Assembly (NCBI RefSeq): GCF_009914755.1
Contig: NC_060939.1
Reading direction: 5' to 3' (one strand)
From: the human T2T-CHM13v2.0 reference genome, Homo sapiens
DNA length: 64,000 nucleotides
Shown here: positions 1 through 14,570 of the stretch, piece by piece
How the letters are laid out: every line of letters begins with the position of its first letter
How positions within the stretch are numbered: the stretch's first letter is position 1
Notes under the pieces: model-generated
What the model was told of the DNA's origin: nothing
Seen by the model: only the letters and a program-made list of their open reading frames with translations
Database searches by the model: none
Position numbers and translations under genes: made by a program

Positions 1-515
1 TACCTGCCACCCAGCAATTCCACTCCTAGGTCCACCCAACAGAAATGCATCCAGATGTTTGGCAGAATATGCTTTAGAATGTCTCTCTTCCCATCTCCAC
101 CCATGCTCTAGAATGTCCAAAGCCATACTGTTCATAATAGCCCAAACTGGCGACCACCTGCATGCCCATCAACAGTGAATGCTGTATATTTGCACTGCAC
201 TGAGAATTAATGAGCTACAACTACACACAAGGCCCTGTATGAATCTCACACACATAATATTGAGTGAAAGGAGCAAAATGGAAAACATGCATCCTGCATG
301 GTCCCACATACATAAAGCACAAAACAGGCAAATCTATGGTGTTAGAAGTGAGAGCAGTGGTGACCCCAGGGGGGTATGAGGGGCTCCTGCAGTGTGGGTG
401 TGTTCTGTGTCCTGATCTAGGTGTGGATTATGAGGTGTGCTCAGTTACTTGGCTGCATTTATTAAGCTGCAAACTTCTGACGTGGCCTTTGTGCATGAGA
501 TTCTACTGCCACAAA
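1..515 (+). mobile_element. Old L1M (L1MD/ME-like) 3' end fragment
   Basis: CCCAGCAATTCCACTCCTAGG, TTCATAATAGCCCAAACTGG and ATGAATCTCACACACATAATATTGAGTGAAAG are typical L1M ORF2-end/3'UTR motifs. Confidence 0.75.
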
Positions 516-2368
516 AAGTGGTGCAGCCAAGGACTAAGGGAAAGAGAGGCTAGCAAGAGGGAGTGCCTCTCATGCCCTGCTCCCAGAACTTGTTTTTTCC
601 CACCAGTTAAGCCAGCAAGAGATCAGATTTTCACAGCCGGAAGTGAAGCTGAATCCCTCTGATGGCTGGTTTCAATGGAGACTGTACTATCTACTCCAGG
701 GAATGGGGGCTGGTGGGGGACAGAGAGGACACTGCACAGGCCAGTAATTAAGGTATGCTATTTAACAATATCACAAATGCACTCTGAATTCTGACAAGAT
801 TCGTGACTCTCCAAATTTACTGTGACTCACCTGTGATCTCCTCAAAACTGTGACAAAACCCTGACCTACTTAGGGCTGGGAAAGTGCCTGTAAATCACAT
901 CGCTGCCTCCCTATTTAAAGCATGTCTCTCATGACTTAAGCCATAGTAGAACAGAAGAAAATCCCAAATCCACTGTTGGGCCCAGAATTCCAAAAGATGG
1001 GCTTATATTTGCTACCTGCTCCAAAAACCCCAAATGCCAGTGTGACATGCATCCTAATTAATGCTCTCGGTTCCAGGAAGCCAAGGGCTGAGGGAATGGA
1101 CGAGAAACTGCTGTGCACAAGCCTCCTAGAAGCACTGCTCCCTTCCTGCACACATCCAGGCTCACACCACTGCTATGCAGACCCTAGTCCCCATCCCACA
1201 ATAGAAATGAGAAGGAGGACAGCCAGGCCTGGCTGCCCTTGTGCTCTGTCCTCACAGCATATGTGAGGAGTCGGGAAGTCTATCCCACTGGATTGCTTTC
1301 CTGAGGTCCAAGGGGCAAAATTCCCTAGGAAGGTGGCCTGGACGCTGGGAACAGTTACCTCCCCAACTTCTGGGGGAATTTCTCTTAGAAGGTTTAGTCT
1401 TCCCAGTGACAAGACATTTTTTTTTTCTGATCATAGCATTATAACTCAAGACAATTTTTAAAATATTTTTTCTCCAAAAAAAAAAAAAAAAAACCCCAAC
1501 CATTAAGCCTTAACACAGTCAGTCTTCTTGAAAACATGTTCTGGCAGTGATCCTTATTTCTTTTGACAGTGATTTTTCCACACCTATGCTACTTTTCCAG
1601 CTCTTCCTTTAAAAATGTATCATTTTGAAATGACAATCTGTACAATTTCCATTTAACACAATTACAGCAGCCTTCTAGGCCCTGGCACAGAAGCAAGGCA
1701 ATGTCCACAGCTTCTGCAAACATCTGTAACAACATCACAGATGAGCCCTTGCTTGGCAGAACCCCTGCTGAGCTGGGTGACAATAAACAAACCCTGGCTG
1801 TGTCACAGTCATTGTTTTTGGCCTGTTTTGTTTTTTGTTTCATTTTTTCTGCTACGCCTAACTCAAACTTAACAGGTTAAGGACTAGCAGGGCCACCTGC
1901 ATCACATAATGATATGATGTCCAGGAGCATATGTCTGTTCCCTGTGGGCAGGTTCCAAGCCCTGCACCAAAGCACTCTTTGATGGTCCCCGATACACTGG
2001 AGTCATGTTTACTCCCTGCTAAACCACACGGTTTACATTGTGAGGTTCACGGTTTACACGGTTCGCACTGTGAGGACCACCCAGCCAGGCAGGAGGGCCA
2101 TGACCTCAGGGGAGCAGGGCCACACCTTCAAGTTTTCCAATCAATCAGACCTCATTAATTCTCTCTGCAAAGCCCATCCAAAGTTCTAAGGACATACTCA
2201 CTTCGACGGAATATTTGAAAATCAGGGGGAAAGAGTGAACTTTAATCATCTTATCATTTAAAGACACTTTCCACCTTTTCTCTGTGCCTTTTGACCTCTA
2301 GCATCCCAGGCACCCACACTGACACAGTACAGGATATGACAGAAAAGAGAATCAAGAATCGCACACTG

Positions 2369-2657
<289 letters not shown>

Positions 2658-5600
2658 AAGAATCACACACTGGTTCCATGAGACCCCTTCCTGATGACAC
2701 TGGAGATGCCTTCTTGTCCTTGGCCTCCTAACAGCCTGCTGTGAAGATACCTGCCTGTGTCTCCTGGTTCCTCATATACAACTCCCAGAACTCCTGATTC
2801 CATAGCCAGTAACGTGTCCCTCAAAAGGTGGAGGTTCCTCTACACAGTTCACCTTACTAAGCAGAAAACATCAATTACAAAAGCAAAACCAACACTCCCA
2901 ACCTTCCGTAAAGGAAAAGACCTGATGCCACATAGGTGGATGGGTCCCACAGGAGGCCAGGAGAGGCAATGCCCTGCCAGGAACAGTGCAAATCCTTTCT
3001 TCCTGTCACTCAGGGCCCTGCTTACTGCCTCGGGGACCATTCCCAGGACTTGGTGTCCCCATCTGTGAGCTGGAGACATGGCTACCACTGGCAGAGCTCC
3101 CATAAGAATTCATGTGGGATACAAGGAAGACCCTGCTACCCCCAGCAAACAGAGAGCCTCCTGTATGAGCTCTTCTCTCCTTCACAGTCGATAGGAGGCA
3201 CCCTCCATGGTGGGCTCCTGAGAGAGCCCCGAAATAGGCTGCCTTCTTGCCATTCAAACCCCTTCTGGTTCCCATGTTACAGCTGGTTTAAAATAATAAT
3301 TAAAAAGCAGGATTCTTCAGCATGCCAGCCATCCCTCCTCCCCAGGCACTGGGCATCCTCTCACCTGCGCTAGGCGACATAAACCTGTTTCCCTCATGGC
3401 TCTGAACACACCTTGTTCCATGTCCTGTACCTCTCCATCTCAAGGGGAGGAGAATTGAAAAGGCTGCGGAGCCACACTCAGTGCAGATTCTGGCCCCTAC
3501 TTCTGTCCTGATTCTGCCCCAGGTTTCAAGTAGGTAGGGTGCACACTCGTGCACATCAGAAACCACGCGGGTAAGCCACAGGAGTAGCCAATATTTACAT
3601 GCACCCACCATCTCTCTCGTCCTCTGTGAAGCTGGCCTCATGCCGGCTCCAACCACACGATGCACCCAGGGCCACAGAGGATCCGGCTCTGGGCAGGGGA
3701 ATCATGCTCAGCACTTGGCCATGTTTTACAGATCCCCAGCCCCCAACCAGCATGTTGAGGCCCCCTCAGGAAGGGCTGGCCTGGGGACTCTGCGACCTCC
3801 CACTGCTCTTCATACTAGGCCCCTCCTAGCACCTCTGCAATGCCATCTTCCACCCTGTACCCTCTACCCACTCTGGCAGACGTGCCAGGACCCAGTGGTA
3901 TTCTAACCTGGCCTAAGCACTTGCCAGGGAGGGCCTGAGTGAGCATGGAGCACAAAGCGCTTGGAGTGCAACCACAGACAATCCACAGACCCGTTGGGGG
4001 TTGGTGGCTCCCCCATGCAGGAGGAGGTCTGGGGACTCTACGGGACACCATGCACAAGAGAGCCCACAGGCCTGGGGTCTGATAAGGAGGATCTCTCAGG
4101 ATGGCGGCCCCACAGTGTGGGATGCCAGGGACTCAGCTGTTCCAGGGGCTGCCTCCACCTGCTCCTCCCCTGCCCTTGGCTGGCTCTGCCCCTCTGCTGG
4201 ACAGGCTCTCGGGCTTCAAGCCCCTGCAACTCCACAGCCCTGCTCTGCTCACCTTTGTCCTTCAGACTCTCTCTACCTCCTGTCTTCTGGGACTCTGCTC
4301 TTATTTCCAGTTGTCTGATTTCTTCCATATTTCCCAATTCAGATCCCCAAGGAATCCCACTTTCAGATATGATCAACATGACTCTTTCCTGAGCGCTTTC
4401 CACCAGATGGGTAAGTTGGCCCACTGGCCAGTCTAGAGCCTGTGGCCCAAACTGTCTTTTTCTTTTTTGGGTAGAGGTTTGTGGAGGAAGGGTATGGGAT
4501 TACATATAAACTCTTTGGGTATGTTGCCAAGGACTAAGTTAAGAAAGCTGGAAGGAGCACATATTGCAGATATCAGAGTAAAATTGTGAAGGGAGCCCAC
4601 TGAGAACCCTAAAGAACAGGAAAAAGGGGAGAACTCTGACAATGGAATAAGAACGGGCGGGAACTGGTATGGCTCACTCGTCTCCAATGACCTGCCAGGC
4701 TGCACTGGCAAGATTCATCTACTCAACCTGGAGCACCTCCGCAGCAAAGCCATGGTGCCCAGCCCCCGGTGAGCCCCCATCAATATCCAGTTCAACAACC
4801 ACCGCACATTCAACACAGTGTCACATGGCCACTGAAACCTCGGTTTAAGAAGAATATTTATAACACGGAAAAGGCTCAAGAAATGATGTCCGTGACAAGA
4901 AAAACCAAACCAGATAAAACATTTTTTAGCATATATGATTATTTACTTTTTTCGCATATATGATTATTTATGTCTTCTCCAACGAGTAGGTATTTTTCTA
5001 AAGAGTACTTGCTACTTTCACGAGTTTAGACAAAAAGTCTGTTGAAAGAATAAGCAGATGACACAATGCCAAGGGCAGCAAGATTTAGGATAGACTAAAT
5101 TTAGAGATAGAGACAATGAAAAGCCAAGGGTCGCCTTGTTGTTCCCTGCTAGGCAGGGCAGGGAAGGACAGTCCTCCTCCTCTCCCAGGCTATGCCAAGA
5201 GGGCAGGGCACCCCGCAGGCCTGCCGTAGCCTGGGCATCCTTGTGAGTGAATGGGCCTGCAAGGGGCTAGCACAGTATGTCAGGGCACACAGAGGGCGTG
5301 ATGGGGCTGCAGTGGACCCTTTCCATAAATATGTGTCCCAGGTGTAAATACAGTTCATACATGCTGCATGCTTCTGAAACAATTCCACCCATTCCCAACA
5401 TGCAGGAGGGCAGTGCCTAGAGCCAGGCCACTGTGCACACATGCCTGATACTGAGTTGGTTGTGAGTACATGATAGAAATGAAAAAAGGGTGTGATCATG
5501 GTCAAAGAGCAAGACAGCCGCTCTCCTCCACTAAGGACTAGTGATGTTCCTTCTCGTTCCTTTACTACGAGAAGGAGGCTATTTGTAAAGGTCCCAGGTC

Positions 5601-5826
5601 ACAGTGACTTGGTAATACATACTTTACTCCAGGGAAGCAGTAAAATGGCCTCTGACTCCCACATCTACTGGGGTTGGTTACTGCAGGGCTCTGTGGGGGC
5701 ACTGAAGGCATAAGGGTTTGCAACACAGGGAAGACCTTGCTTTGGAGATCTGAAGAGCTCTGATAATGTCGTGACCATGAAAATCACTATTACCATGGAT
5801 AAGATTCACAAAGCCATGCGGACCTG

Positions 5827-6213
5827 TGTCTTAGTCCATTCACGCACTGGTATAAAGAAATACCTGAGACTGGGTAACTTATGAAGAAAAGAGGTTTAAT
5901 TGACTCACAGTTCCACAGGCTTAACAGGAAGCATGGCTGAGAGGACTCAGGAAACTTACAATCATGCTGAAAGACCAAGGATAAGCAAGCGCGTCTTACC
6001 ACATTGGAGCAGGAGAGAAAGCAAAGGGGGAAGGAAGTGCCACACATTTTTAAATGATCAGATCTCGTGAGAACCCACTCACTATCATGAGAACAGCAAG
6101 AGGGAAGTCTACCCCCATGATCCAGTCACCTCCCAGCAGCCCACACCTTCAACATGTGCAGATTACAGTTCCCACATGAGATTGGGGAGGGGACACAGAG
6201 CTAGATCATATCA
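5827..6213 (-). mobile_element. MaLR solo LTR (MSTA/THE1D-like)
   Basis: TG...CA termini, MST/THE1 motifs (GAGGTTTAATTGACTCACAGTTCC), perfect 5-bp TSD ACCTG at 5822-5826 and 6214-6218. Confidence 0.9.
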
Positions 6214-7083
6214 ACCTGCAACTTGCCCTTCAGGAGTGAGGTCCCTAACTGCAGAGTCCCTCGAAGAACACACATTCAGTGAGGCAGGCTCATGGCTTAC
6301 AGGAGCGGCCTCACTGCCTGCAGGTGCTGAGCAAGGAAAGGCAGGGAAAGGCTTTGGGAAGGGAAACCAAAGGTGTCACACGAGAGGCAGGGGCTAGGGT
6401 CTTGAAGAGAAGGCCCTGCTGGGCACGCAGGGAGGGGCAATAGCAAAAACAGGGGTAAGGCAGCCATGACTGCTGTGGGATTGAGATGAGGGGGACGTGC
6501 AGACCAGTCTGCCTGGGGAAGCATCAAACCCTGAACTTTAAGTAATGGTTCCCCAGTTGTAGGTAATACTCTAAAAAACTGTGCTTTTTATTTTAAAAAA
6601 AAAACAGTTTTCTCTCACTGAGCTTGCAGAATTTAAGAAATTTCAGTCAGAAGTCCACAAATAGGCTCCAGAACATCCCAGCCATCAACCTCTAAGCTGC
6701 CTCTCTCCTTTCTTTGCCCTCCGGCCTTCCCAAAGCCTTTCCCTGCCTTCCCCTGGTCTGACTCAGCAGTCATCTCTTGAGATCATGTGCTCTTCCATAT
6801 CCAATGCTTTGTATTTTTTAATCTCGTTGATAGCAAACAAATAGAGTTCTGAAAAATATGGTATGCTCAGTTGTGAAAGGCTGGTGAGTTCTTTGCCTCT
6901 GCCCAGCTGAGAGTTCCTGGAGGGGCCCACATTGCTCCAACAGTAGCTCAGCACTCAAAGTCAGAGAGCACGCACTGGGCACTCTCAGGCCTTGGCATAC
7001 AAATGCACCAGTTGCTGCCCTGTCCTTTTATGGATCCACATCCCAAGCTATTTCCAACTTCAGAGTTAGAAACAGGCCTGCAG

Positions 7084-8730
7084 TTGCTTGTCTGTAAGGA
7101 TTTTATTTCTCCTTCACTTATGAAGCTTAGTTTGGCTGGATATGAAATTCTGGGTTGAAATTAAGAATGCTGAATATTGGCCCCCACTCTCTTCTGGCTT
7201 GTAGAGCTTCTGCTGAGAGATCCACTGTTAGTCTGATGGGCTTCCCTTTGTGGGTAACCCGACCTTTCTCTCTGGCTGCTACCTGACTTTGAACTACACT
7301 ACAAGGCTACGGTAACCAAAACAGCATGGTACTGGTACCAAAACAGAGATATAGACCAATGGAACAGAACAGAGCCCTCAGAAATAATACCACACATCTA
7401 CAACCATCTGATCTTTGACAAACCTGACAAAAACAAGAAATAGGGAAAGGATTCTCTATTTAATAAATGGTGCTGGGAAAACTGGCTAGCCATATGTAGA
7501 AAGCTGAAACTGGATACCTTCCTTACACCTTGTACAATAATTAATTCAAGATGGATTAAAGACTTAAATGTTAGACCTAAAACCATAAATACCCTAGAAG
7601 AAAACCTAGGCAATACCATTCAGGACATAGGCATGGGCAAGGACTTCATGACTAAAACACCAAAAGCAACGGCAACAAAAGCCAAAATAGACAAATGGGG
7701 TCTAATTAAACTAATGAGCTTCAGCACAGCAGAAGAAATTACCATCAGAGCGAACAGGCAACCTACAGAGTGGAAGAAAATTTTTGCAATCTACCCATCT
7801 GATAAAAGGCTAATATTCAGAAGCTACAAAGAACTTAAACAAATTTACAAGAAAACAATCGACCCCATCAAAAAGTGGGCAAAGGATATGAACAGACACT
7901 TCTCAAAAGAAGAAATTTATGCAGCCAACAGACACATGAAAAAATGCTCATCATCACTGGCCATCACAGAAATGCAAATCAAAACCACAATGAGATACCA
8001 TCTCACACCAGTTAGAATGGTGATCATTAAAAAGTCAGGAAACAATAGGTCCTGGAAAGGATGTGGAGAAATACGAACACTTTTAGACACTTTTACACTG
8101 TTAGTGGGAGTGTAAACTAGTTCAACCATTGTGGAAGACAGTGTGGCAATTCCTCAAGGATCTAGAACTAGAAATACCATTCAACCCAGCGATCCCATTA
8201 CTGCGTATAAACCCAAAGGATTATAAATCATGCTACATAAAGACACATGCACATGTATGTTTACTGCAGCACTAATCACAATAGCGAAGACTTGGAACTA
8301 ACCCAAATGTCCATCAATGATAGATTGGATTAAGAAAATGTGGCACATATACATCATGGAATACTATGCAGCCATAAAAAAGGATGAGTTCATGTTCTTT
8401 GTAGGGACACAGATGAAGCTGGAAACCATCATTCTGAGCAAACTATTGCAAGGACAGAAAACCAAACACTGCACATTCTCACTCATAGGTGGGAATTGAA
8501 CAATAAGAACACTTGGACACAGGGTGGGGAACACCACACACTGGGGCCTGTTGTGGGGTGGGGGGAGTGGGGAGGGATAGCATTAGGAGAAATATCTAAT
8601 GTAAATGATGAGTTAATGGGTGCAGCACACCAACATGGCACACATATACACATGTAACAAACCTGCACGTTGTGCACATGTACCCTCAAACTTAAAGTAT
8701 AATAATAATAATAATAATAAAGAAAGAAAA
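7084..8730 (+). mobile_element. 5'-inverted, truncated L1PA (approx. PA4-6)
   Basis: 7084-7279 is antisense ORF1 sequence. 7278-8730 is sense ORF2 C-terminus, 3'UTR and A-rich tail. 16-bp TSD AGAAA[C/T]AGGCCTGCAG at 7068-7083 and 8731-8746, preceded by TT (TT|AGAA endonuclease site). Confidence 0.93.
7633..8500 (+). pseudogene. Disrupted L1 ORF2p C-terminal remnant
   Basis: ORF track gives [12 protein letters not shown]...HMKKCSSSL...[10 protein letters not shown] and MIDWIKKMWHIY...ETIILSKL, which are L1 ORF2p sequence, frameshifted. Confidence 0.9.
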
Positions 8731-9169
8731 AGAAATAGGCCTGCAGGCTCTCTGGTTTGTGGCTGGCCCCATCCTTCTGCTCACACCCACCACAACCCTG
8801 ATGCATACAAAGCACTTTTACAACCTTGCTGCAGGCAGGACAATGCACCAATAAAGGGCACAGCTTCAGAAGGTTCTCACCTCAGAGAGCCACTTAAGGC
8901 TCCAAAACCAACAACCCAAGGAGTTAACATGCAAAGCGGCCCATGGTACTCTTGGAGGCCTGACAGAAGCAAATACAACCTCATTGGCCAGGCACATCCT
9001 GAAGCCAAGCCAAAAATGAGGCTGCAATCCAGTGACAAAACAAAAGCAGCAGTAATTCCCCAAGAATAAGAGCCAACAGACACAGAAACAGCAGAACCAG
9101 ACAACAGCTCCCACCCCACCAACACCACTACCACCAAGCTCAGGTAATAAATGATTACTTGGAGACCAA

Positions 9170-9610
9170 AATAATGCTTTAAAGGTTGATTCAAGCATTT
9201 TTAAACATGATTAAAACACTAAGTAAACAGTATGGCAATATTAAAAAGACCAGGGTGATGAGAAATGAAGAGAATGTGTGTAAATGAGTACTATAATCAC
9301 AAAATCAAAGACCAAGAGGCTGGTTTTTAAAGTGGATTTGACATGGATTAGGTAGAAGGTAGATTCATGAAGTGGAAGGATGCATTGAGGGAATTATCCA
9401 GAATGTACCAAAGAGAGCTGGAAGAACAGGTAATGTGAGAGAATGGCTAAGAAATTAGAAGATGTAATGAAAAGGATCAATAAATGACTAATTGGAGATG
9501 GAAAGAAAAGAGAGAAGAGGTAGCAGGCAACCTATGAAGAGTTAGTGGCTAGTAATGTCATAGAATCAATGTCATACATGGATTCTCTACTTAGGAAAGG
9601 CCAGAGAAAC
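9170..9610 (+). mobile_element. Ancient L1/HAL1 ORF1-like remnant
   Basis: Purine-rich degenerate ORF1-like text (GAATTATCCAGAATG...AAAGAGAG...CTAATTGGAG). Confidence 0.5.
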
Positions 9611-9961
9611 TGATGGTTCATTCTCTAATCTTCTCAAGTAACCCAAAAAGATCAAGACGGCTAATTTTCCAAGATATCACACATTCTGGTTGTACAGGTG
9701 ACCCCAGGATGTAGTGTTTTCCAAACACCAGTTTATTTTGTCTTTTCTCCACATTTGCAATAATACCATGATGGAGTTGGATGGAGGTGATCATTTGAAC
9801 TAATCCTTTGGGTCCTGCTGACCTCCTGTTTACAGGGATGCTAGGGCTTGGCCCTTCTGGCTTCTCTAAAGCCAGAGTTCACCAGTTACACATCCCCATG
9901 ATTGACAATCCCATGTGAACTCTACAAACTTGGAGGCAGGCAGAGAAAGAAAAGTATTTAG

Positions 9962-10300
<339 letters not shown>

Positions 10301-10789
10301 CTGACTGCCTTTTAACGCAAGGTAGACTTTTTGCCAGCAATTGAAGACAGTAAGTGTGGGTGCCCTCTCCCTTTCACACCACTTGCTGGCAGGAGCCCCA
10401 GGGGCAACAGACTGAAGGAAGTGCCCACAGGACATTCCACAGTAGGCCAGGCTGAGGGGAAATCTTCATCAACTCTTGTTCCTTGGAATTTAGGATTTCT
10501 CACTTTTAAGTCGCCATGGCCTTTGAAACTAAGTTTTGCAGATGGAGAAACTAAAAAACTAAGGGTTGTTAACATATAACTATTTTAAACTGAGAATTTA
10601 AAACAAACAAATCTCAAATTATTGCAATAAACTATTCCAAAATACAGTTTGGGTTCACAGATTTGTAACTACAAATAGCTTATAATACACAAAGTTCATA
10701 ACCTTCAACTTGATCTGATAAAGTACCTACATGCCTCCTCCATACAAAGGACCAAGTCAGACATTTACGAAGACAGCTTGTGCCATGTG

Positions 10790-10920
10790 AGTGGCCAACT
10801 GGCCAATTCTGTGCTCCTCAATGGGCTCATCTGTGAAGTGGGCTTGAACACTGATACCTGCCTGGCAGGGTAGCTGTGAAATCTAAACTAGATAATATAG
10901 GCAAAGCACTTGGCAATGAT
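10790..10920 (+). mobile_element. MIR
   Basis: CTCATCTGTGAAGTGGG...GATAATATAGGCAAAGCACTTGGCA core. Confidence 0.65.
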
Positions 10921-12140
10921 TGCTACTCTTATCACTTAGAAATTACAGCGCTAATTTAATATTCATTACATTAATGATTTAATTAAATTACTAAAGCAGT
11001 AAGAATTCATTCAAGGTTATACTGATGAATACCCAAAAGGTCACAGACTTCCAAAAGACAGGTGGTCACTCCAAGGCCACCAGGACCAGGCAGTATACAG
11101 GGACAGGCTGAGGAGGTGGGGAAGAGTGGGGACAGACGTCCAGGGTGGTACCTGCCACCTCCCTTCCCCCCAGGCTGCTCTGCAAGGAAGGGCCTGGGTG
11201 GCCCTCGCTGGGATGCCAAATCTCTAATACAGTAGCTTGTCTAATCTAATAAAAGAGCCTTTGTGAAGAATTGTTCTGGAGTCAAACAAAAACTCTTCTT
11301 GGAAAAGGAGCCCTAAAGTTACTACACAATGCTCAGCATCCGTGCAAAACAGTGACCTATTTCTCAAAGCACAAGAAGTCCCCAAAGATTACAAGCAAAA
11401 CCCCTCAGCATCCACACAATCATCCAGCAGACAGCAGCTTCTCAGCTTCCAGCAAACAATCTACTCCTCCACACTTTCTTTGAAAGCCCCAGAAACAATG
11501 AAAAAGGAAAGGGAGAGAGAAAACTAGAAAGAGAAATATATTCCACCCCCAACAAATCAAGGAGACAGACACAACCACAAGCCACAAACTACTGAGTGTA
11601 CCAGAACCAATGCAATCAGGAACAGACACAGAGAGCCAGCACCCACCTCCTGAACCTGGGGAGGCACATGGGCCCTGCCAGGAGAAATGGCCTAGCCCCA
11701 ATGTGGTTGGTCATGAAAGGGCTGTGTGGATACAGAAGCATGGCCACTGAGCAGGCCTCAGCCTGTGGACTCGGCCTTGTACAGAGAGAAAGGCAGCAAA
11801 TGTATGACAGAAACACAAGAGGTCTGCTATGAACAACACCCAACTTAAACCCTGAAATCTAGGGAACACAGCCTGCCTTAGACAAAGGGAATTCATGTGG
11901 AATAAATGTATTTCAGACCACAAACTTGAATCCAGTGTGCATCCCGCCCTGGCTTCACCCTCATCCTTCTTCTTCAACAAAGACCTGACCCCATTCAAAA
12001 GTGACTAAAATCACAAAGCAACCAGCATGGGAATCAGGCACAGAAGAGAGGGTAGGGAAGGAGAAGAGCAAATGCAGATGCCTGAGAAAATACCCATAAA
12101 GAAACAGATAAAGTGACTTTATAAAAATATTTCCCATTTT

Positions 12141-12945
12141 TTCTATTAGTTTTTTATTACTACTGTAACAAATTACCACAAACTGAGTGGTTTCAAGCAA
12201 TATAAATTTATTTTCTTATAGTTTTGAAAGTCGGAAATCTAAAATCGGGTTAAAATCTAGCTGTTGGCAGGGCTGCATTCCTTCTGGATGCTCCAGGGAG
12301 GATCTGCTCCTTGTCTTTTATGCTTTTTAGAGGCTGCCCTCATTCTTTGGCTTATGGACCCCTTCCAGGAAACACATCACTCTGACCTCTGCTCTCACTG
12401 CCACAACTCCTATGCTTCCCTTGTGATGACCTGGGGCCCACCTGGGTCGTCCAGGATCATCTCCCTGTCTCAAAGACCTTCACTTAATCACACCTGAAAA
12501 CTCCCTCTTGCCACATAAGATGACATATGCAGAGGTTCTGAGAATTAGGACAGGAACATCTCTGGGGGGTCATTATTCTGCCCACCATAAAGAGAAACGT
12601 TTCCCTCTTCTTTTACAGCTTCTGAAACCCCCATATGCTTCAGCTCTTGGTCCCCCACCTCCAATGATGTCAGGCAAAGTCCTGAAGCTGCCATCACTCT
12701 GGTTCTCATCTTTCTGCCTCCCTCCTTCCACTTTTAAGAAAGACCCTACTGATTATATTGTGCCTATGCAGACAATCCAGGAATAGTCTCCCTATTTTAA
12801 AGTCAGCTGACTAGCAACCTTAATTCCATGCTCAACTTCATTTCATTTTTCAGTTCCAATTTCCTGCCATGCATGGTAACATATTCACAGGTTTGGGGGA
12901 TTAGGATACTGACATCTTTGAGGGGTTGTCTTCCTGCCTACCACA
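12141..12945 (-). mobile_element. Two juxtaposed MLT1 (D-like) LTR pieces
   Basis: MLT1 motifs with two terminal ends: ...ATTATTCTGCCCACCATA (12589) and ...CTGCCTACCACA (12945). Confidence 0.75.
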
Positions 12946-12949
12946 CTTT

Positions 12950-14570
12950 CCTAAAAAGGAAAAAAAAAAACAACAACAACAAAGAAGAGATCATAAACCA
13001 ACAGAAAGAGAATCAGAGCATGGAAAAGAAATGAAGAAATAAAAATTAAAATAAATGGAATAGGGATGAAAACCATATTAGATGCAACTAAATAATAGAA
13101 TAAAGGCAATCAACCCCAGAGATAAGCAAATGAAATGGAGAAGAATATGAAATATCAACTTTATCAAAGAGATGACAAATATAAGACAAAAGAAACAATG
13201 TGCATATAATTAACATTCTTGAATTGTTAACAGAAAAAAGGTCATAGATATAATACAAGAAAACTTCTGAAATAAACTGACTTATCTCTGTCAATTACAA
13301 GGGTTTTACTTTACTTAGTTTAAAAGAAAGTGATACAGCAATACCAGCATCCAGAAACATTCAAGTAAATTAACCGAATTAAAAGAATCACATGAACATC
13401 TAGGCAAAACAGGCTGACTTCAAATTTCTCATAACTCTGTGCTAAAAGACAGGAGAAATATCTCTATATAGTTTTAAAGGAAATTATGCAACTCAAGACC
13501 TTTATAATCAGGCAAGAGTTATTTTCAAGCTTGCAAGAATTCTTCAAGTTTGAGTGTGCCATGAGCCATGTGAGAAGAGAACAAGAAAGGAGGAAAACAG
13601 AGCCAGGGATTAAACAAACTATACAATGAACTCCAGACAACCGAAAAACAAATCGAAAAAAAAATCCTCAAGAATGTATCCATTGGAACTACTGATAAAA
13701 AGACTGATACTGTGTGATCCTGGAATCTATTTAAACAGAGCACTAAGAATAAGTAACTGTGGAAACAAGTTATCTAAGAGATGACCCATGTTATGTTCCT
13801 TGACAATGTAAAAAGTTATAGGGTGAGTAACAAAATAGGGAAATGGGTGGGAGGAAAAGGAAGCACTAATATGCAAATTTAGTAACCTTTCAACCCCTGA
13901 GTGAGCAGATGCCAACCCTAAATACACAGTAGTTTGCAAACAGCAAATGCAACATTAATAAACAGCAACAAGCAAACAGGTATTTCATAGGTTTCCCCTA
14001 ATTTTACAGGGATTGAATGGAGGCTATAGTTGCTCCCCAAATCCATCTCTTGTTCCTGGGCACTCAGCTAACCCACAGGACTATAAGTTGAGTGGCCGGG
14101 GGACATTACTTCCTGCACATCAGTTGGCTCTGCTATAGGAGCCATGCCTGGGAGGGGCTGCCACGTCAATGGTAACTCCAGGCTGGTCTACCCAAACCAA
14201 GAAAGGGAACTTTTAGAAACTTTTATGCTCTAAGAAATAAGACATGTAACTTAAATTCAGCAAGTCTTTAATCACTAAATAAAAATATAATTTAACTGAG
14301 TACTTTTTTAGTTAAAATAGCATGTATTGTAGACTAAAAATGTAATAATCTCCAACAAGTATTCTATGTATGTTCCTATGTGTTTAATAGTCTTGGATAT
14401 CCACAGACCATTTCTAGAAAGATGCACAAGGAGCAATTAGTAGTAATGCCTCCTGGGAAAGGCATGGGGATTGAGGGAAGAAAATGACTCCCATTTTACT
14501 GTTTTGCTGAACTTATTCTTTTAACCTGTGCAAATATTAGATTTTTTTTCATGAAAAATAAATAAGCAAA
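12950..14570 (+). mobile_element. Ancient L1ME/HAL1 fragments
   Basis: A-rich ORF1-like text at 12950-13550. L1ME-like 3' end (GAAAGATGCACAAG...AAAAATAAATAA) at 14415-14566. Probably interrupted. Confidence 0.5.

Noticed and set aside
2027-2075. Short imperfect repeats of CACGGTTTACA and TGTGAGG
   Set aside because: Only 2-3 degenerate units; local slippage, not a CRISPR-like array or minisatellite.
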